The notes under the pieces: generated by a model
Told to the model about the DNA's origin: nothing
Seen by the model: only the letters and a program-made list of their open reading frames with translations
The model's database searches: none
NCBI GenBank assembly: GCA_020137815.1
Contig: CM035361.1
Span: forward strand, 3,224,001 to 3,288,000
Source: Hormiphora californensis
Lineage: Eukaryota; Animalia; Ctenophora
Length of the DNA stretch: 64,000 nucleotides
Reading direction: 5' to 3'
Made by a program: the position numbers and the translations under genes
Shown here: positions 33,248 to 47,313 of the stretch, piece after piece
How the letters are laid out: every line of letters begins with the position of its first letter
Position numbering within the stretch: position 1 is the stretch's first letter

Positions 33248-36141
33248 AACAACCACCTTGGAGGCATTGTGGTTAGTGGTTAAACTGGGTTGAAGTGGTT
33301 AGTGAGATGAACGCACAGTATTTGTCGTAGGAAAATGAACTGTCGAACAAAATCAAATCACCAAAAAAATAACCAATAAATGGTGCCGGGACGTTCACTG
33401 TCAAGAAATATAAGTGTACTGCAGTGGCCGCAGCTCGGTAGAAACCAACTTGACTGCTTGAAATGGAAGTGAGATAAAGAATACAGGGGTGAAAACTAAC
33501 ACCACCCGGCGAGATAACAGGTCACATGCGACCTGGTATACGCATTTTGTGACTCCCTGGTCTCACACGTAGTATGCACTATTTTTATCTTTATCCTGAA
33601 GTATAAAATATATAACGTTTCAAGGGCGAATCAAGGAGTGATAAACGTTATCTGGCTTGTGCTGAAATCACGTACTTCACCGGCAGGTACCTGCAGGGTT
33701 AAAAACTGTGCTAAAATACGCTTGTGTCACGGACAGGCATACAGTTCGATACAACCTGGTAATTGTTGTAAAGGCGGAGTACCGGCTGTGAAGGGGGTAG
33801 ACCATGGTGTCTTATCAGATGAAATTAGCCCGAAACTAGAGCAGCTTTTGAATTCGTGACGTCACAGTTCTCCAAGGAACGTTCTCCAGGGAATATATCA
33901 CGGGACTTCACTGATAATGTCGAAAAGTGCAGCTTTTTGGATGACTGTCAAGTTAGATCACCTTCATGCACGTAAATACTTTTATAATGATAAGGAATCT
34001 ACACGGTCCCGCAGGACCTATTTCAAGAAATTTATTCCTGTTTTTTACAAAAGGAATAAAAAATCAAACTCACTTTTTCACCCCTCATAATTGTTTTAAT
34101 AATCCCCATCCCCCACATCTCCAAAAACATTGACGAGTTTTTGTTTTCACCGCTGTAACACGATCGATAGCTCAATACCCTCTTTTCTGAGTTTATCTCG
34201 TCACTGCTGTAACACACAACACCCTCTCAGGATGTAGCCATGTCGGTCAGCAACACAACAAAGCTACTCTCCAAATCCCAACTCTCTCTCTAAGATCGTA
34301 AGTACGAAATGTATACACGTTTGTTGCCTTGTCTGTGTTTGTTTAGTCCTTTCCCAATAATATTAATTCCCTCTTTTCCAAATGATGACAAATACAATGG
34401 AGGAATGGGAATGGGAATTCACAATAAAGTTAGGTCGACCTAGGTCGTGCAATATGAATTCTTCTTTTCCCCCTCTTGTTCATAAAATCCTAAACTCCAA
34501 GGACGGGCTGAATATTACTTCTACTCGATTCGCTCATTTAGTAAGGGAATAATAGTAAATTTTATCCGCAAAATTTTTAACAAGCTCATTTCTTCACCAG
34601 TAGGTCCGGGTAGGTGTCTAGTATGACCAAAAAAAAGATACGATAATCGGAAGTGCGCACACGCACTGAGCGCGCAAAAAGTAAACACATGTAAATACAT
34701 GTTTTTCTAGCCTGGCATGAAAACCCAAAAACCATCTTAGGAGACGAGTAGAGAAAAAATCAAGGGCACTAGATTGTGTAGCGTCCTCGCATTAGTGGGG
34801 GTAGGTGCTGGAATTAAGTCTCTATCTCATCTGGTTAATTAGATAATTGGATAATTAGATATGCACATAACCGTATTTTGGCTATATGGCTATAGCCACT
34901 TAGGAATGGTTTAGAGACTTTTCACTGGTGCCATTTTGTAGGCAATAGCCAAGTTATGGGGAGTCGACGTCGGACTTTTAAGCTATATCTCCAACCGTTT
35001 GGCCGTTATTTGGCTTTAAAGATGCTCAAAATGAGCAAAAACGGTAAAAAGCCCGATTTTGAGCATCTTTAAAGCCAAATAGCGGCTAAACGGGTAATAT
35101 GGTAGTTCTGGGCTGAACACTTTCGACCGCTTTAAAGCGCTTTAAAGCGTTTGAGAAAGCGCTATAAAGCGCTTTAAAGCGCTTTAAAGCGATACCGCTT
35201 TAAAGCGCACCGCTTTAAAGCGCTTTTAAAGCGCTAAAAGCGCTTTATAGCGGTTTTTGTAGCGATATAAAGCGCTTCCGAAAGCGCTTTAAAGCGCTTT
35301 CAAAAGCGCTTTAAAGCGCCACCGATTTAAAGCGCTTTTTTTTGATGGCGAGAAAAAATAAAGCGCTTTAAAGCGCTTTAAAAGCGCTTTTAAAAGCGCT
35401 ATAAAGCGCTTTTCAAAACGCTTTATAGCGCTTTAAAGCGCTTTTAGCGCTTTCAAGCGCTTTTAAGCGCTTTAAAGCGGTGAATATCGCTTTAAAGCGC
35501 TATAAAAAGCGCTTTTAAAAGCGGTGTTGAAAAAGCGCTTTTTAAAGCGCTTTACAGCGCTTTTAAAAGCGCTATAAAGCGCTTTTTAAAGCGCTTTAAA
35601 AAGCGCTTTATAGCGCTTTTAAAAGCGCTGTACAGCGCTTTAAAAAGCGCTTTATATCGCTTCAGAAAGCGTTTATAAAAACGCTTTAAAGCGCTTTAAA
35701 GCGCTTTTAAAAGCGCTATAAAGCGCTTTTAAAAGCGCTTTCTAGAGCGCTTTAAAGCGCTTTAAAGCGCTTTTAAAAGCGCTTTTTAATGCACTATAAA
35801 GCGCTTTAAAGCGCTTCTTATAGCGCTTTAAATAGCGCTTCATAGCGCTTTATAAAGCGCTTTATAGCGCTTTATATAGCGCTTTAAAGCGCTATAAAAA
35901 GCGCTATAAGAAGCGCTATAAAGCGCTTTATAGCGCTATAAAAAGCGCTATAAAGCGCTTTATAAAGCGCTATATAAAGCGCTTTGTAGCGCTTTTTATA
36001 GCGCTATAAAGCGCTTTATAAAGTCTTTTAAAAAGCGCTTTAAAGCGCTTTTTATAGCGCTTTATGAAGCGCTGTAAAGCGCTTTATAGCGCTTTATAAA
36101 GCGCTTTCAAGCGCTTTAAAAAGCGCTATAAAGCGCTTTAA

Positions 36142-37531
36142 GGGTACGCTAACCAAAAATTTTTTTCGAGTGCAGGGAAATCTCTCACCGTTGGGTTGTA
36201 GGCCATGCCAAGGAGACCTCAAATATGCAATTTGAGCTCTCAAGTCGAATTCATATTTTTGCTACAGCTGCTTGAAAAATGAACTGAAAATAAGGTTTTG
36301 GCATCTTAAAAATACATTTGTAAAGATAGGATCATAAAAATTTGTGGATTTGAAAAGGACAAAGAGGTGAGTAGCCACAAAAAATTTTTTTGCAATCCGA
36401 GCTGATTTCCGGTCCTGAGATGGATTTCTTTTTTTCCACTTTAACGCCATATTTGGCAAAGTTCCGAAAACATGTGAAAGCTGTAAATTGGTGAAAAGTT
36501 GCGTCTAACGATTATCTAAGTGGCCATAAATTTTGGGCGTGTCCTTATTTGAGATAAGCTGTACAGAGTTTTTTATGTGAAAGCCGTCATTTCAGAAATA
36601 AATAAATTCCCTGTATCTCAAAAACGGCTGATCGTAGAGACCTGAGACTATGCTTAAACGATTCAGAAGGTCCGATTTTGGGGGGGTCTTCTGAGAGACA
36701 TTTTGCTCCTACTTCAACCGTTTTTGCTGTAATTGCGAAAAACAAATTCTATGAAATGGGCAAAAGCTAAACTCCAATATCCTGTAATTAGGGAATTTTG
36801 GCTAAGAAAGGACCGAAACTATGGAAAAATGTGTAACAAGCTGATTCCTTCACTATTTGGTCCATATGGGTCCCTATAATCACCAAAAACAAAATCACAA
36901 AAAATCCACGATGGCGAAGATGGGTTTTTGTTTTTCGCAATTACAGCAAAAACGGTTGAAGTAGGAGCAAAATGTCTCTCAGAAGACCCCCCCAAAATCG
37001 GACCTTCTGAATCGTTTAAGCATAGTCTCAGGTCTCTACGATCAGCCGTTTTTGAGATACAGGGAATTTATTTATTTCTGAAATGACGGCTTTCACAAAA
37101 AAAACTCTGTACAGCTTATCTCAAATAAGGATACGCCCAAAATTTATGGCCACTTAAATAATCGTTAGACGCAACTTTTCACCAATTTACAGCTTTCACA
37201 TGTTTTCGGAACTTTGCCAAATAGGGCGTTAAAGTGGAAAAAAAGAAATCCATCTCAGGACCGGAAATCAGCTCGGATTGCAAAAAAAGTTTTTGGGGTT
37301 ATTCACCTTCATGTCCTCTTCAAATCCCCAAATTTTCATGCTCCTATCTTTAAAAAAAATTTTTTGAGATGCCAAAAACGTTTTTACAGTTCATTTTTCA
37401 AGCAGCTGTAGCAAAAATATGAATTCGACTTGAGAGCTCAAATTGCATATTTGAGGTCTCCTTGGCATGGCCTACAACCCTACGGTGAGAGATTTCCCTG
37501 CACTCGAAAAAAATTTTTGGTTAGCGTACCC
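36142..37531. mobile_element. Non-autonomous Kolobok-like element
   Basis: TTAA|GGGTACGCTAACC...GGTTAGCGTACCC|TTAA (RR..YY termini, TTAA TSD), ~600-bp TIRs. Confidence 0.85.
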
Positions 37532-38281
37532 TTAAGAAGCGCTTTATAGCGCTTGTTAAAGCGCTCGAAAGCGCTTTATAAAGCGCTTTTTATAGCGCTT
37601 TCTAGCGCTTTATAAAGCGCTATAAAAAGCGCTTTAAAGCGCCTCTTAAAGCGCTTTTTATAGCGCTTTATAAAGCGCTATAAAAAGCGCTTTAAAGCGC
37701 TTTATGAAGCGCTATAAATCGCTTTTTAAAGCATTCTATTCGGTTTTTGAATATTATTGTATGTAAATCCCACTTTTTCGTGATCACTTCCACTCCTTTT
37801 CAGATTAAACTGCGTTTCTGTTGGGGGCGATTATAATTTGGGTGCCTTGCAGCCTGTGTACAGGTGTGCGCTACCAAAAGAGTACACTTAGACCGAGTTT
37901 TTCAAATGTCTATAGTCATGCAACCACAAGGCCAATTTGAGTTAACTAAAGTCTCTTTTTGGGAGAGAGGGAGTGAAAGAGAGGGTACACCACGGAGCAC
38001 AGTTGCAGGTATGATATCCCCTCTTTCTTCTATCCTCCCGCGCTGTCTCTCTCAGTCTCATGTTATCGCGTGCGCTATGTTTAGTTCGGGATGGGGGCGA
38101 GTGAGGGATAGAGAAAGAGGGTATACCATTACCACGGAGGATTTTAATAGGTGCGGCGTTTTCGGGTGTGGCGGGCGCCATGTGAGGTTCACAGCCATAT
38201 CATGATGCTTTTCGGAATTTCTAGGGGGTGTAATTTTTACGCCGTAATCTGGCTGGTGGCTCCGGCTGGTTGAGACACAGT

Positions 38282-39035
38282 GGGGGGTACGTCACCTTTT
38301 TTTTTGCCCACTGCCCACATTATTCTTAAATTTTGAATTTGCCCACATGGGCAAAAGTGGGCAAAAGTAGGCAAAAGTAGGCAAAAGTAGGCAAAAAATT
38401 TAAATCCCATAAAAAATATATGCTATCAACCAGGTAATCGTCTGTGACAAAGGTTTTTCACCACCAATGTCCTCCTAGAGGTCCCCCCTATCGATTCCAA
38501 CCGATAATTTATTTGCTCAGGGTTGATAAGGCTCCATATCCAACTGGGGAAAATGGGCAAAATATGTTGGCAAAATTAGGAAAATTGGTCATTTTAGGCA
38601 CGTTTCTCACATGGTTGGAGTGGAAAATTTTTCTGGTTTTCCTGGGACCCCATTGGAGTACAATGCAAGTGGAAAACCTTTGTTATGTATCAGTTCCCTA
38701 AATAGCCCCAAAATGACGAAAAATCACTGGCCTTTGCCTAATTTTGCCAAAATTTTTTGCCCACTTTTGTCCAGTCGGACATGGAGCCTTATCAACCCTA
38801 AGTCATAAGAAAGTACATTAATTATCGGTTGGAATCGATAGAGGGGACCTCTTGGAAGACATTGGAGGTGAAAAACATTTGTCACAGAGGGTTTTCTGGT
38901 AAAGTTTTGATGCTTATAATATTTTTGCCCACTTTTTGCCCACTTTGCCCACATTATACCTGTTTTTTGAGATTTCAGTTTGCCCATGTGGGCAAATGTG
39001 GGCAAATGTGGGCAAAAAAAGGTGACGACCCCCCC
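38282..39035. mobile_element. TIR element with poly-G termini and 8-bp TSD (MULE/Merlin-like)
   Basis: GACACAGT|GGGGGGTACGTCACCTTTT...AAAAGGTGACGACCCCCCC|GACACAGT. Confidence 0.85.
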
Positions 39036-42000
39036 GACACAGTCTACAGCTAAAACAGTGTAAAGATGTTAGTTATGAGACTTGAATGGTCAATGGTGAC
39101 GTCAGACGTGTGTGTAGCTGGTATCAAGTCAATTGATTGAGAAATACGAATACAAGTGGCAAGTGCTGAGTCATGAGAGCAAGTCGAGAATCTCAACTCT
39201 CAAGACTCAACGGCAGACCGCAGACGGCACTCGGCAGAAGTAAGTGAAAACAAAGAAATGAATTCACTGCCAACTTATATTTGAGTCTGAACGGGCATGT
39301 TCCTTGGGTACGGTGCACCCTCTCTTTTTGGGAAGGGGGTAGGAGAGAGGGAGTGAAAGAGAGGGTACAACACGGAGCACAGCTTATTTGGACATATGCC
39401 GAGTTTTATTAGTGCAAATTTTCCCACGGCCGTGGGAAACTATGAAAGCTTCATGTGATGAGCTCGTTTTACTATAAAAAGCGCTTTCAAGCGCCTTAAA
39501 TAGCGCTTTTAAAAGCGCTTTAAAAAGCGCTAGAAAGCGCTTTTAAAAGCGCTAGAAAGCGCTTTTAAAAGCGCTTTATATAGCGCTTTAAAGCGCTTTA
39601 TATAGCGCTTTTTAGCGCTATTTAAAGCGCTTTTCAGCGCTAGTTAAAGCGCTAAAAAGCGCTTTAAAAAGCGCTATAAAGCGCTCTAAATAGCGCTTTA
39701 TAGCGCCTCGAAAAGCTCTTTAAGAAGCACTTTATAGCGCTTTATAAAGCGCTATAAAGCGCTTTTTAAAGCGCCACAAAAAGCGCTTAAGAGCGCTTTA
39801 TAGCGCTATAAAAAGCGCTTCATAGCGCTATTTAAAGCGCTTTATAGCGCTTTTTATGGCGCTTCAAAGCGCTTTAAAAAGCGCTAAAAAGCGCTTTGAA
39901 AAGCACTTTATAAAGCGCTAGAAAGCGCTTTTAAAAGCGCTTCCTAGCGCTTTTTAAAGCGCTTTTCAAAGCGCTTTTTAGCGCTTTATAGCGCTTTATA
40001 GCGGTTGAAGTAGCACATTTTATATCGCTTTAAAGCGCTTTAAAAAGCGCTTTTTAGCGCTTTAAGAAGCGCTTTTTAGCGCTTTAAAAAGCGCTTTATA
40101 AAGCGCTTTTTAGCGCTATAAAAAGCGCTTTTTAGCGCTATAAAAAGCGCTTTAAAGCGCTTTCTAAAGCGCTTTTTAAAGCGCTAAAAAGCGCTTTTAA
40201 AAGCGCTGTATAGCGCTATAAAGCGCTTTCAAATATGCTATATAAAGCGCTTTAAAAAGCGCTATAAAGCGCTTTGCAGCGCTTTATAGCGCTATTGAAA
40301 GCGATTTCTAGCGCTTTTAAAAGCGCTATAAAGCGCTTTATAGCGCTTTTAAAAGCGCTTTCTAGCGCCATTTAGCGCTTTATAGCGCTTTTAAAAGCGC
40401 TTTCGAAAGCGCTATAAAGCGCTAAATAGCGCTTTAAAGCGATCTGACGAAGCGCTTTATAGCGCTTCATAGCGCTTTTTAAAGCGCTTGCAAAACGCTT
40501 TAAAGCGCTAAATTTTGAAAATAAAGCGCTTTAAATCGGTGGCGCTTTAAAGCGCTTTTAAAAGCGCTTTATAGCGCTTTCGAAAGCGCTTTATATTGCT
40601 TCAGAAACCGCTATAAAGCGCTTTTAGCGCTTTAAAAGCGCTTTAAAGCGGTGCGCTTTAAAGCGGTATCGCTTTAAAGCGCTTTAAAGCGCTATAAAGC
40701 GCTTTCTCGAACGCTTTAAAGCGCTTTAAAGCGGTCGAAAATGTTCAGCCCAGAACTACCATATTACCGCTAAACGGTTAGAGATAGAGCTTAAAAGTCC
40801 GACGTCGACCCCCCATAACTTGGCTATTGCCTACAAAATGGCACCAGTGAAAAGTCTATAAACCATTCCTAAGTGGCTATAGCCATATAGCCAAAATACG
40901 GTTATGCGCATATCTAATTATCCAATTATCTAATTAACCAGATGAGATAGAGACTTAATTCCAGCACCTACCCCCACTAATGCGAGGACGCTACACAATC
41001 TAGTGCCCTTGATTTTTTCTCTACTCGTCTCCTAAGATGGTTTTTGGGTTTTCGTGCCAGGTTAGAAATACATGTATTTACATGTGTTTACTTTTTGCGC
41101 GCTCAGCGCACGTGCACACTTCCGATCATCGTATCTTTTTTTTGGTCATACTAGACACCTATCCGGACCTACTGGTGAAGAAATTAGCTTGTTGAAAATC
41201 TGATCCCTAATGTGTGGAATCCCATACCTGGACTTCTTAGGAACTGTATCAGCTCATCATGATCTGCACTGTTTCCACTCTCTCCTGGCATGAAGCCAAG
41301 TAGCATGCAGGCTCACGCCTAACTACAATTTGCCTTCATGCTGCGTACTTCAGTGCTTCACGCGTAGAGATGATGGCGTGAGGAACGTACGCGTACTGTT
41401 GGGTGTTATTTGCTGAGAGTTCATGATGAGTTGGGGATATTTTTCTTCTTCTGGTTTTTTTAACACACTGTGTATAACGGTTTTTTTTTTTTAATAAATA
41501 ACTCTATTAAAACAGTATAATATTAGTTTGATGCACAGATCTGTAGATAAACAATCAACTGTTATATATCGGGTTGATTCTGTAATTTCCAGAGTCCAGA
41601 CAAAATTTTCTTATCACAAGCTCGTCGAAAGATTACCTGTGATCACTATGCTTCATCAAAACTCAGAAGTTCAACTACCATTCCCAAAATAACAAGCACA
41701 ACGTGTCCTCTCTGTCTCTCTCGTGCTAAATCTAGCTCTATATCGTGTCTGGATTCTCGCTTCTATCTCTATCTTCGATCTCGCGCTATACTAGATCTAT
41801 GATCTACTCTCTCGTCTCTTCTAGAGCGACTCTCCATCTCTCTTCGCGCGAGCGATTGAATTGCGGATCTCTCGCGCGCCTCGCTCCGATAGCTCTCTCT
41901 CGCTACCGCTATCTTTTATCTCTCTTCTCTCTCTCTCTCCTCTGCTCCCCTCTACTCTCTCCTCTCTCTCTCTGATCTTCGCTCCGATACTCTCTCTCTC

Positions 42001-42049
42001 TCCTAATCTCTCGTCTCTCTCTCCCTCTCCTCTCGCTCCTTTTACCCAA

Positions 42050-42514
42050 TCTGTCAGAGTTAGCTCACTGACAGGAATAAAGTTACACAGATTAAACCAG
42101 TCTTTAATAGCTGTGAACAGGAACTTTTCCTCCTCCAAACTATCCGCATTTCCTGCCAAATTCTCCCCAAACACACCCCTGTTATAATAGGCACTGTGGA
42201 TCAGATCCGATTTCTTGGAGATTGATTTTGCCCAAGGTTCCGCTGAGAAAGTGGCTGTATCACTCCCGTAGCAGATTGGGGATTGGCCGTGGATGGTCCG
42301 ATATCGGTTGTGCTCCTGCATAATTAGGCGAGTGGGCCTTCCCAAGGTTCGGGTTGTAGCGGAGCATTCTTCGCGGGATAATCCTGAGGAGGAACTATGG
42401 GTTACAATTGTCAACATATAATAGAGGTGACACTTTCCTGAAGCTATAATAGAATTTACAAAACCTACCTGTGTGGAAAATTGCAAGTAGTATGATGGTA
42501 AGATATGACGTCAT
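42050..42514 (-). pseudogene. 3'-truncated inverted copy of the CAP-domain gene (exon 1 and part of exon 2)
   Basis: Near-identical to 8971-9622. Breaks after ELTLTD into a (GA)-rich tract. Confidence 0.85.
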
Positions 42515-43136
42515 AATGGTTGTTCAAATCACATTCTGGGCTTGAGAATAATGCTAAGGATAAATGATAATCACATTGTGGTTCGTACGGGAAGCCGGAA
42601 GGAAAGCAGTTATAAAAACCGAAAAACTGAAAAGCTTTAAACGTTTAAAGTGTTGGTACCAACTAATATTGTTGGAACTGAAAAATTAACGGCTACGTTG
42701 ACCTGTCCTAAGCTTTTTTGACTAACAACCTTTGTCTGAGACGTCTGTCTGAGAGTCTGAAAATAATGATAATAATAATAGTAACAGTTTATATCCCGCA
42801 CTGACACAGTTTATATACAGACAACTCGTTTTCCTTAATTTGAAAGGGACTGCAGTAGACTGCCTGCTCCTAGCACGGTTCTCTGATAACGGTGAGTTAG
42901 TGGGGAACTATCCCACTTGGATAACATTATTACGGATGAAGTAGCAGCCGTCAGGATCTTCTGATCGTATCCTCTTCAAAGTGGACCTTAGATTATTATT
43001 ATTATTATTAAATCTAAAATGTATACATTGGATAAAATACAACATATACTGCCCCTTTTTGTGGGCTAAATTGATAGTCATAAGGTTCCTTTTGAAGTCT
43101 CTTTAGAGTACAAATTAGGGGAGACTTGACCCATAT

Positions 43137-44994
43137 GGTCAGTTTAAAGTACGTCTGTACACTTTTCGGGGTGCCTCAGTCATAATTTTATGACTGCTAT
43201 TACTAAAATCAATGCCCAGCGACATGTGGAGCAATTGAGACATCCAAATTTGGGTATTATAACCCAAATACTATGCTTAATAGTTTCAACCGATCAAATA
43301 CTTCATGGTCCAACCGATGTGGAGCCTATGACGAGGAGAAACCAGGCTTTAATGAAATCTCCATAGAGAAATAATCATAAATTATTTTTCATATTTTTTT
43401 AACCAAATCCATTAGCAATCAATCAAGGAATCCACACACCCCCGGTTGGGCCGGTTTTGACGCCCAACCTATGTGGAGCAATCATGAAAAGAGTGACTGA
43501 TTTTCGAAGTTCTATTTAGCTAAAATAATGAGCAAATTTTTACGACCTTACGACGGGAATATATTCGAAAACATTCAACTTATTGAACTTAGTAGCGTTT
43601 TTAAGTTTTACGAGCCCAACCAGAGTGGAGCAAATTTTTAAGTGAGTAATAGGGAAAATAAAATCACAAAATTGATTTTTACTGCCATTGTTTCAAATTT
43701 ATAGTCACCAGATATCATATAAACTGTTGTACTTGCTATTTACTAACTATAAAAATGATTTCCATTCAAAAATGGATGGCCCAACCGAGTGGATCCTTAG
43801 TTTTAAGTAAGGAGTTTCGAAATTGTTAAATTAAATAATATTGAAGCATATTAACGAATATTTTATCATTATTTCATCGAAGGGTATAGCAATAAACAAT
43901 TTGAACTAGTAAACAATGCGAAATATCCAGCCCAACCGTGTGGAGCACTGAAAAATAGCCTATGAGGGGCCTGTAAGTTTATTTAGATTAATCCTACCCA
44001 TTATTGCCCTATAGCTCCTCATGGTTGGGCACAGATATATCAAGAGGCTCCACATGGTTGAGATATTGTCTAACAAGCCAATAAATGGCCTAAAATTGAT
44101 TAAATCTCGATTTGTATCGTGGTTCAATCATTTAAAGTTCATTTCCAATACAGAGTGCTGCATGCATGGCGCTCAATAAGTGTTAGATCCACACTGGTTG
44201 GGCCGATTTTCAGGTTTTAATTATTTTATAAGTGCACATAATTGGTTATAAGAGCAACCCATAATGAATTCAGGGAATTAAACTCAATGTCCAACCGTGT
44301 GGAGTGTTTTGAATCGTTTAAAACCACTTTGCTCCACACAGTTGGGCCGAATAACACTTCAGCATGCTCCACAAGGTGGAAACATACATCATCTCCGATA
44401 TTATTGACACAGAATGATACTATTTTACATTATAGTGGAATTTTAACCAAGTATTAAAAGAATTTAGTAGTTAATAAATCTTTAGATTTTAGTCCACCTT
44501 TTTCAAAAGCCAGCTCCACATCGGTTGGGCAGTTTTGAGTATAAAATTCAAGTCTAAAAAATCAAAAATTGCATAGAGTTAACTCTTGTGAAAATCGCAT
44601 GATTCTATCGGAACGTTACACCCCGGTTGGGCCAGCTTGAAGCCAAAAATTTGGTCAAAATTGCCCAGCTCCACATTAGTTGGGCCTCCATTTCGGAAAA
44701 AAAGTGTCAGAAAATATTCGTCTTATTAACTAGATGCTTCAATAAAAAAACCAGAATTTTAGAAATTAAAATGTGGCCACTACAGCCCTGCTCCACAAAA
44801 AATGTGCTCCACAAAAGTTTGCACTAGTATCTCCGGCTCCACAACAGATATTGACTTCGTTCCTTCAGATAATGATCATTTATTAACTTTCTGACCAGAT
44901 AAAGTATTGAGAATTCTCTACACAATTAGTTATCATATCAACAAGCCTGTTTGTAAAATTTTGCTAATTTGTACAGACGTACTTTAAACTGACC
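43137..44994. mobile_element. 1.86-kb non-autonomous TIR element, 4-bp TSD (Sola-like?), inserted in the pogo left TIR
   Basis: ATAT|GGTCAGTTTAAAGTACGTCTGTACA...TGTACAGACGTACTTTAAACTGACC|ATAT. Confidence 0.85.
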
Positions 44995-45961
44995 ATATGG
45001 AACACTTGCCCAAATGGAATTTTTCTCTTGGGAGCCCAATATACGATTTTCAAGATTACTTCACCCTGGAATGTGATACAAATAGGCTCAGTACCATTTC
45101 CAGCCCTTGTAACTACCCATTGGACAGTCAATGAAATTTTTGGCGAACGAAAAAAACCAACAAAAAAAAACTAGAAATTTTGCCAGTCTGATACCATTTA
45201 TTTTGTGCACCCATGTTTACCGAACCAAAATCTATCGTACAGGAGTTGGACTTCAGACTTTGTTACAGCATATCTCGTCGATTTATTTTACATTAAACAG
45301 TTAACTTGGTAGGAAATCACTAAAACCTGAAGATACCCAATTTTGGTCAAATGGCATACTTTTTTGTATCAATATGGAATATTCCATTTGACCAAAACTT
45401 ACTATACCATTTTGGCAAAGTTTTACGTATTGCGCGTAATTTAATTAAGTTATCTGCTTTCCTGAGCCGCGCAGCACGGCAAGTCATTAATGAACCTTTT
45501 TTTAAATTTTCAAAATTTGGAAGTCATTTTGATCACGCTAGCCGGCAGAAAAAAGAATTTCTGTACTACCCTGGTGGGTCGTGTTATTTATTTCCGTACT
45601 ACTCTTTCTGATCCTGCGGTGTTGGGTTGTTGTTTCCGTACAACTCTGGCTGCTCCTGTTCTATAGTTAATGATACCATATTTCTTATTGCTACTATCCC
45701 GGATGTTCGGTGAGCTATCCCGCTTGTCATCCGGAAATCCAGTTTTGTTTATGTGCGGGAGAGAGATAGTGACGATAGCTAACACAACACTTGCCCTGCG
45801 TGCTTTTATTATTATTTGTAGATTCGTTGTTCCGGTTGTTCTGCTCTTTTTTGCATACCACTTCAAGCTGAACATATTTTGATTGGTTAATTGATTTATT
45901 GATTGATTGATCGGTGTGTTAATTCTGCAATTAACGTCTTCTATATATTAGAATCTGCTAG

Positions 45962-46177
45962 ATGCCGCGAACAACTCGCCCCTGTAACCACTGGATGTGT
46001 GGAAGGTGTAAGCTAGTTAACCGGGGGTCAGGGATCAAGTGTACTCGTTGTGGGGAGCTGAAGAAAAATGGCACGAGTTTGGAAAAGAGAGCAGGAGATT
46101 GGTTGTGTAGTTGTGGGGAGAACAACTTCCGTTGGAGGATAAACTGCTATCGATGCGACCTTCCAAAACCCCATTAG
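45962..46177 (+). CDS. 71-aa protein with two RanBP2-type zinc fingers, inside the pogo element
   Basis: WMCGRCKLVN....IKCTRCG and GDWLCSCGENNFRWRINCYRCD.PK; intronless. Confidence 0.75.
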   Translation: MPRTTRPCNHWMCGRCKLVNRGSGIKCTRCGELKKNGTSLEKRAGDWLCSCGENNFRWRINCYRCDLPKPH

Positions 46178-46239
46178 ACAATAATTCCTCCCTACTGCAG
46201 TCGTAATTCCATCACAGTTTATTACACCCGTCATCCATC

Positions 46240-47186
46240 TAGTAGAGTCGATAAGAACACTCACCTCCTCCGATTTCAGTAAAACTTCTCACATGCTAAA
46301 ATATGATAATGGAGGTACAAATACCGCTTATTTTAGGTCCAAAAAGTTTTTGGTTCGTTAATTATCGCTAATTGAAAAACGCCAAAAATGGGCTAAAATG
46401 GCCCTTAAGGTGGATTTGAAATTTTGGAGTTGGAACTCCAGACTTCGTACAGGTGTCCGCTAGGATGCCAATATGCACCACAGGCGGGCTCAGGCCTAAA
46501 TTCGTCCGAATTTTTGCGTAAGACCGGATGGCGTAAATCTTGGTCACGTGACCTCGGCTAACTTCTGAACCGCTCAAGTAAGGGATGTTTATAACCTGCT
46601 TAATCGATGCAGAATATGATGAAAATGACACGTTTTGACATCATTTTTCATCCCAGACGCACAGGAAAGACACAAATCGCCTTACAAAATTGACGCCATC
46701 TAGTCTCCCGCTCTTTTTTTGCAAAACTCTAACTTCTGAACCGTTGAAGTAAGGGAGGTTCATAGCCTGCTTAATCGATGCAGAAAGAAAAATAAATGAG
46801 AGGAAATGGCCTTATTTTTCATCTCCGGCGTGCAGGAAAGGCACAAATAGCAAAAAACTGATTTTTTGCCCAAATCACGTGACCAAAATTCACGCCATCC
46901 GGCCTTACGCAAAAATTCGGACGAATTTAGGCCTGAGCCCACCTGTGGTGCATATTGGCATCCTAGCGGACACCTGTACGAAGTCTGGAGTTCCAACTCC
47001 AAAATTTCAAATCCACCTTAAGGGCCATTTTAGCCCATTTTTGGCGTTTTTGAATTAGCGATAATTAACGAACCAAAAGTTTTTCGGACCTAAAATAAGC
47101 GGTATTTGTACCTCCATTATCATATGTTAGCATGTGAGAAGTTTCACTGAAATCGGAGGAGGTGAGTGTTCTTATCGACTCTACTA
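46240..47186. mobile_element. Palindromic Academ-like MITE
   Basis: ATC|TAGTAGAGTCGATAAGAACAC...GTGTTCTTATCGACTCTACTA|ATC (TAG termini, 3-bp TSD). Confidence 0.85.
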
Positions 47187-47313
47187 ATCTGTTTGTACTG
47201 CATTTTTAATCATTTTATTTCGGTTGAAGGTTGATTGTCTCAATGGTGTCCCTAACCTTACCCACTCCAATCTATTAAATGTAATCTCTACCTATCTCTC
47301 TCTCTAGCACTCC

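Larger units (their letters stand above)
35093..40768. mobile_element. Foldback element, Merlin-like (8-bp TSD, GGTAAT termini), arms built from AAAGCGCTTT palindromes
   Basis: GCTAAACG|GGTAATATGGTAGTTCTGGGCTGAACA...TGTTCAGCCCAGAACTACCATATTACC|GCTAAACG. Arrays at 35130-36140, 37536-37730 and 39475-40735. Confidence 0.85.
34573..41199. mobile_element. Outer palindromic non-autonomous element (arms 34573-35030 and 35056-35092 + 40777-41199), split by a nested insertion; termini unresolved
   Basis: The arms are reverse complements once 35093-40776 is removed. Shares motifs (GCATTAGTGGGGGTAG, GATAATTGGATAATTAG) with the piggyBac-type element. Confidence 0.75.

Noticed and set aside
41821-42486. 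221-aa ORF as an intact CAP gene
   Set aside because: It reads through an intron and ends in (GA)n-derived RE repeats; it is a truncated duplicate.
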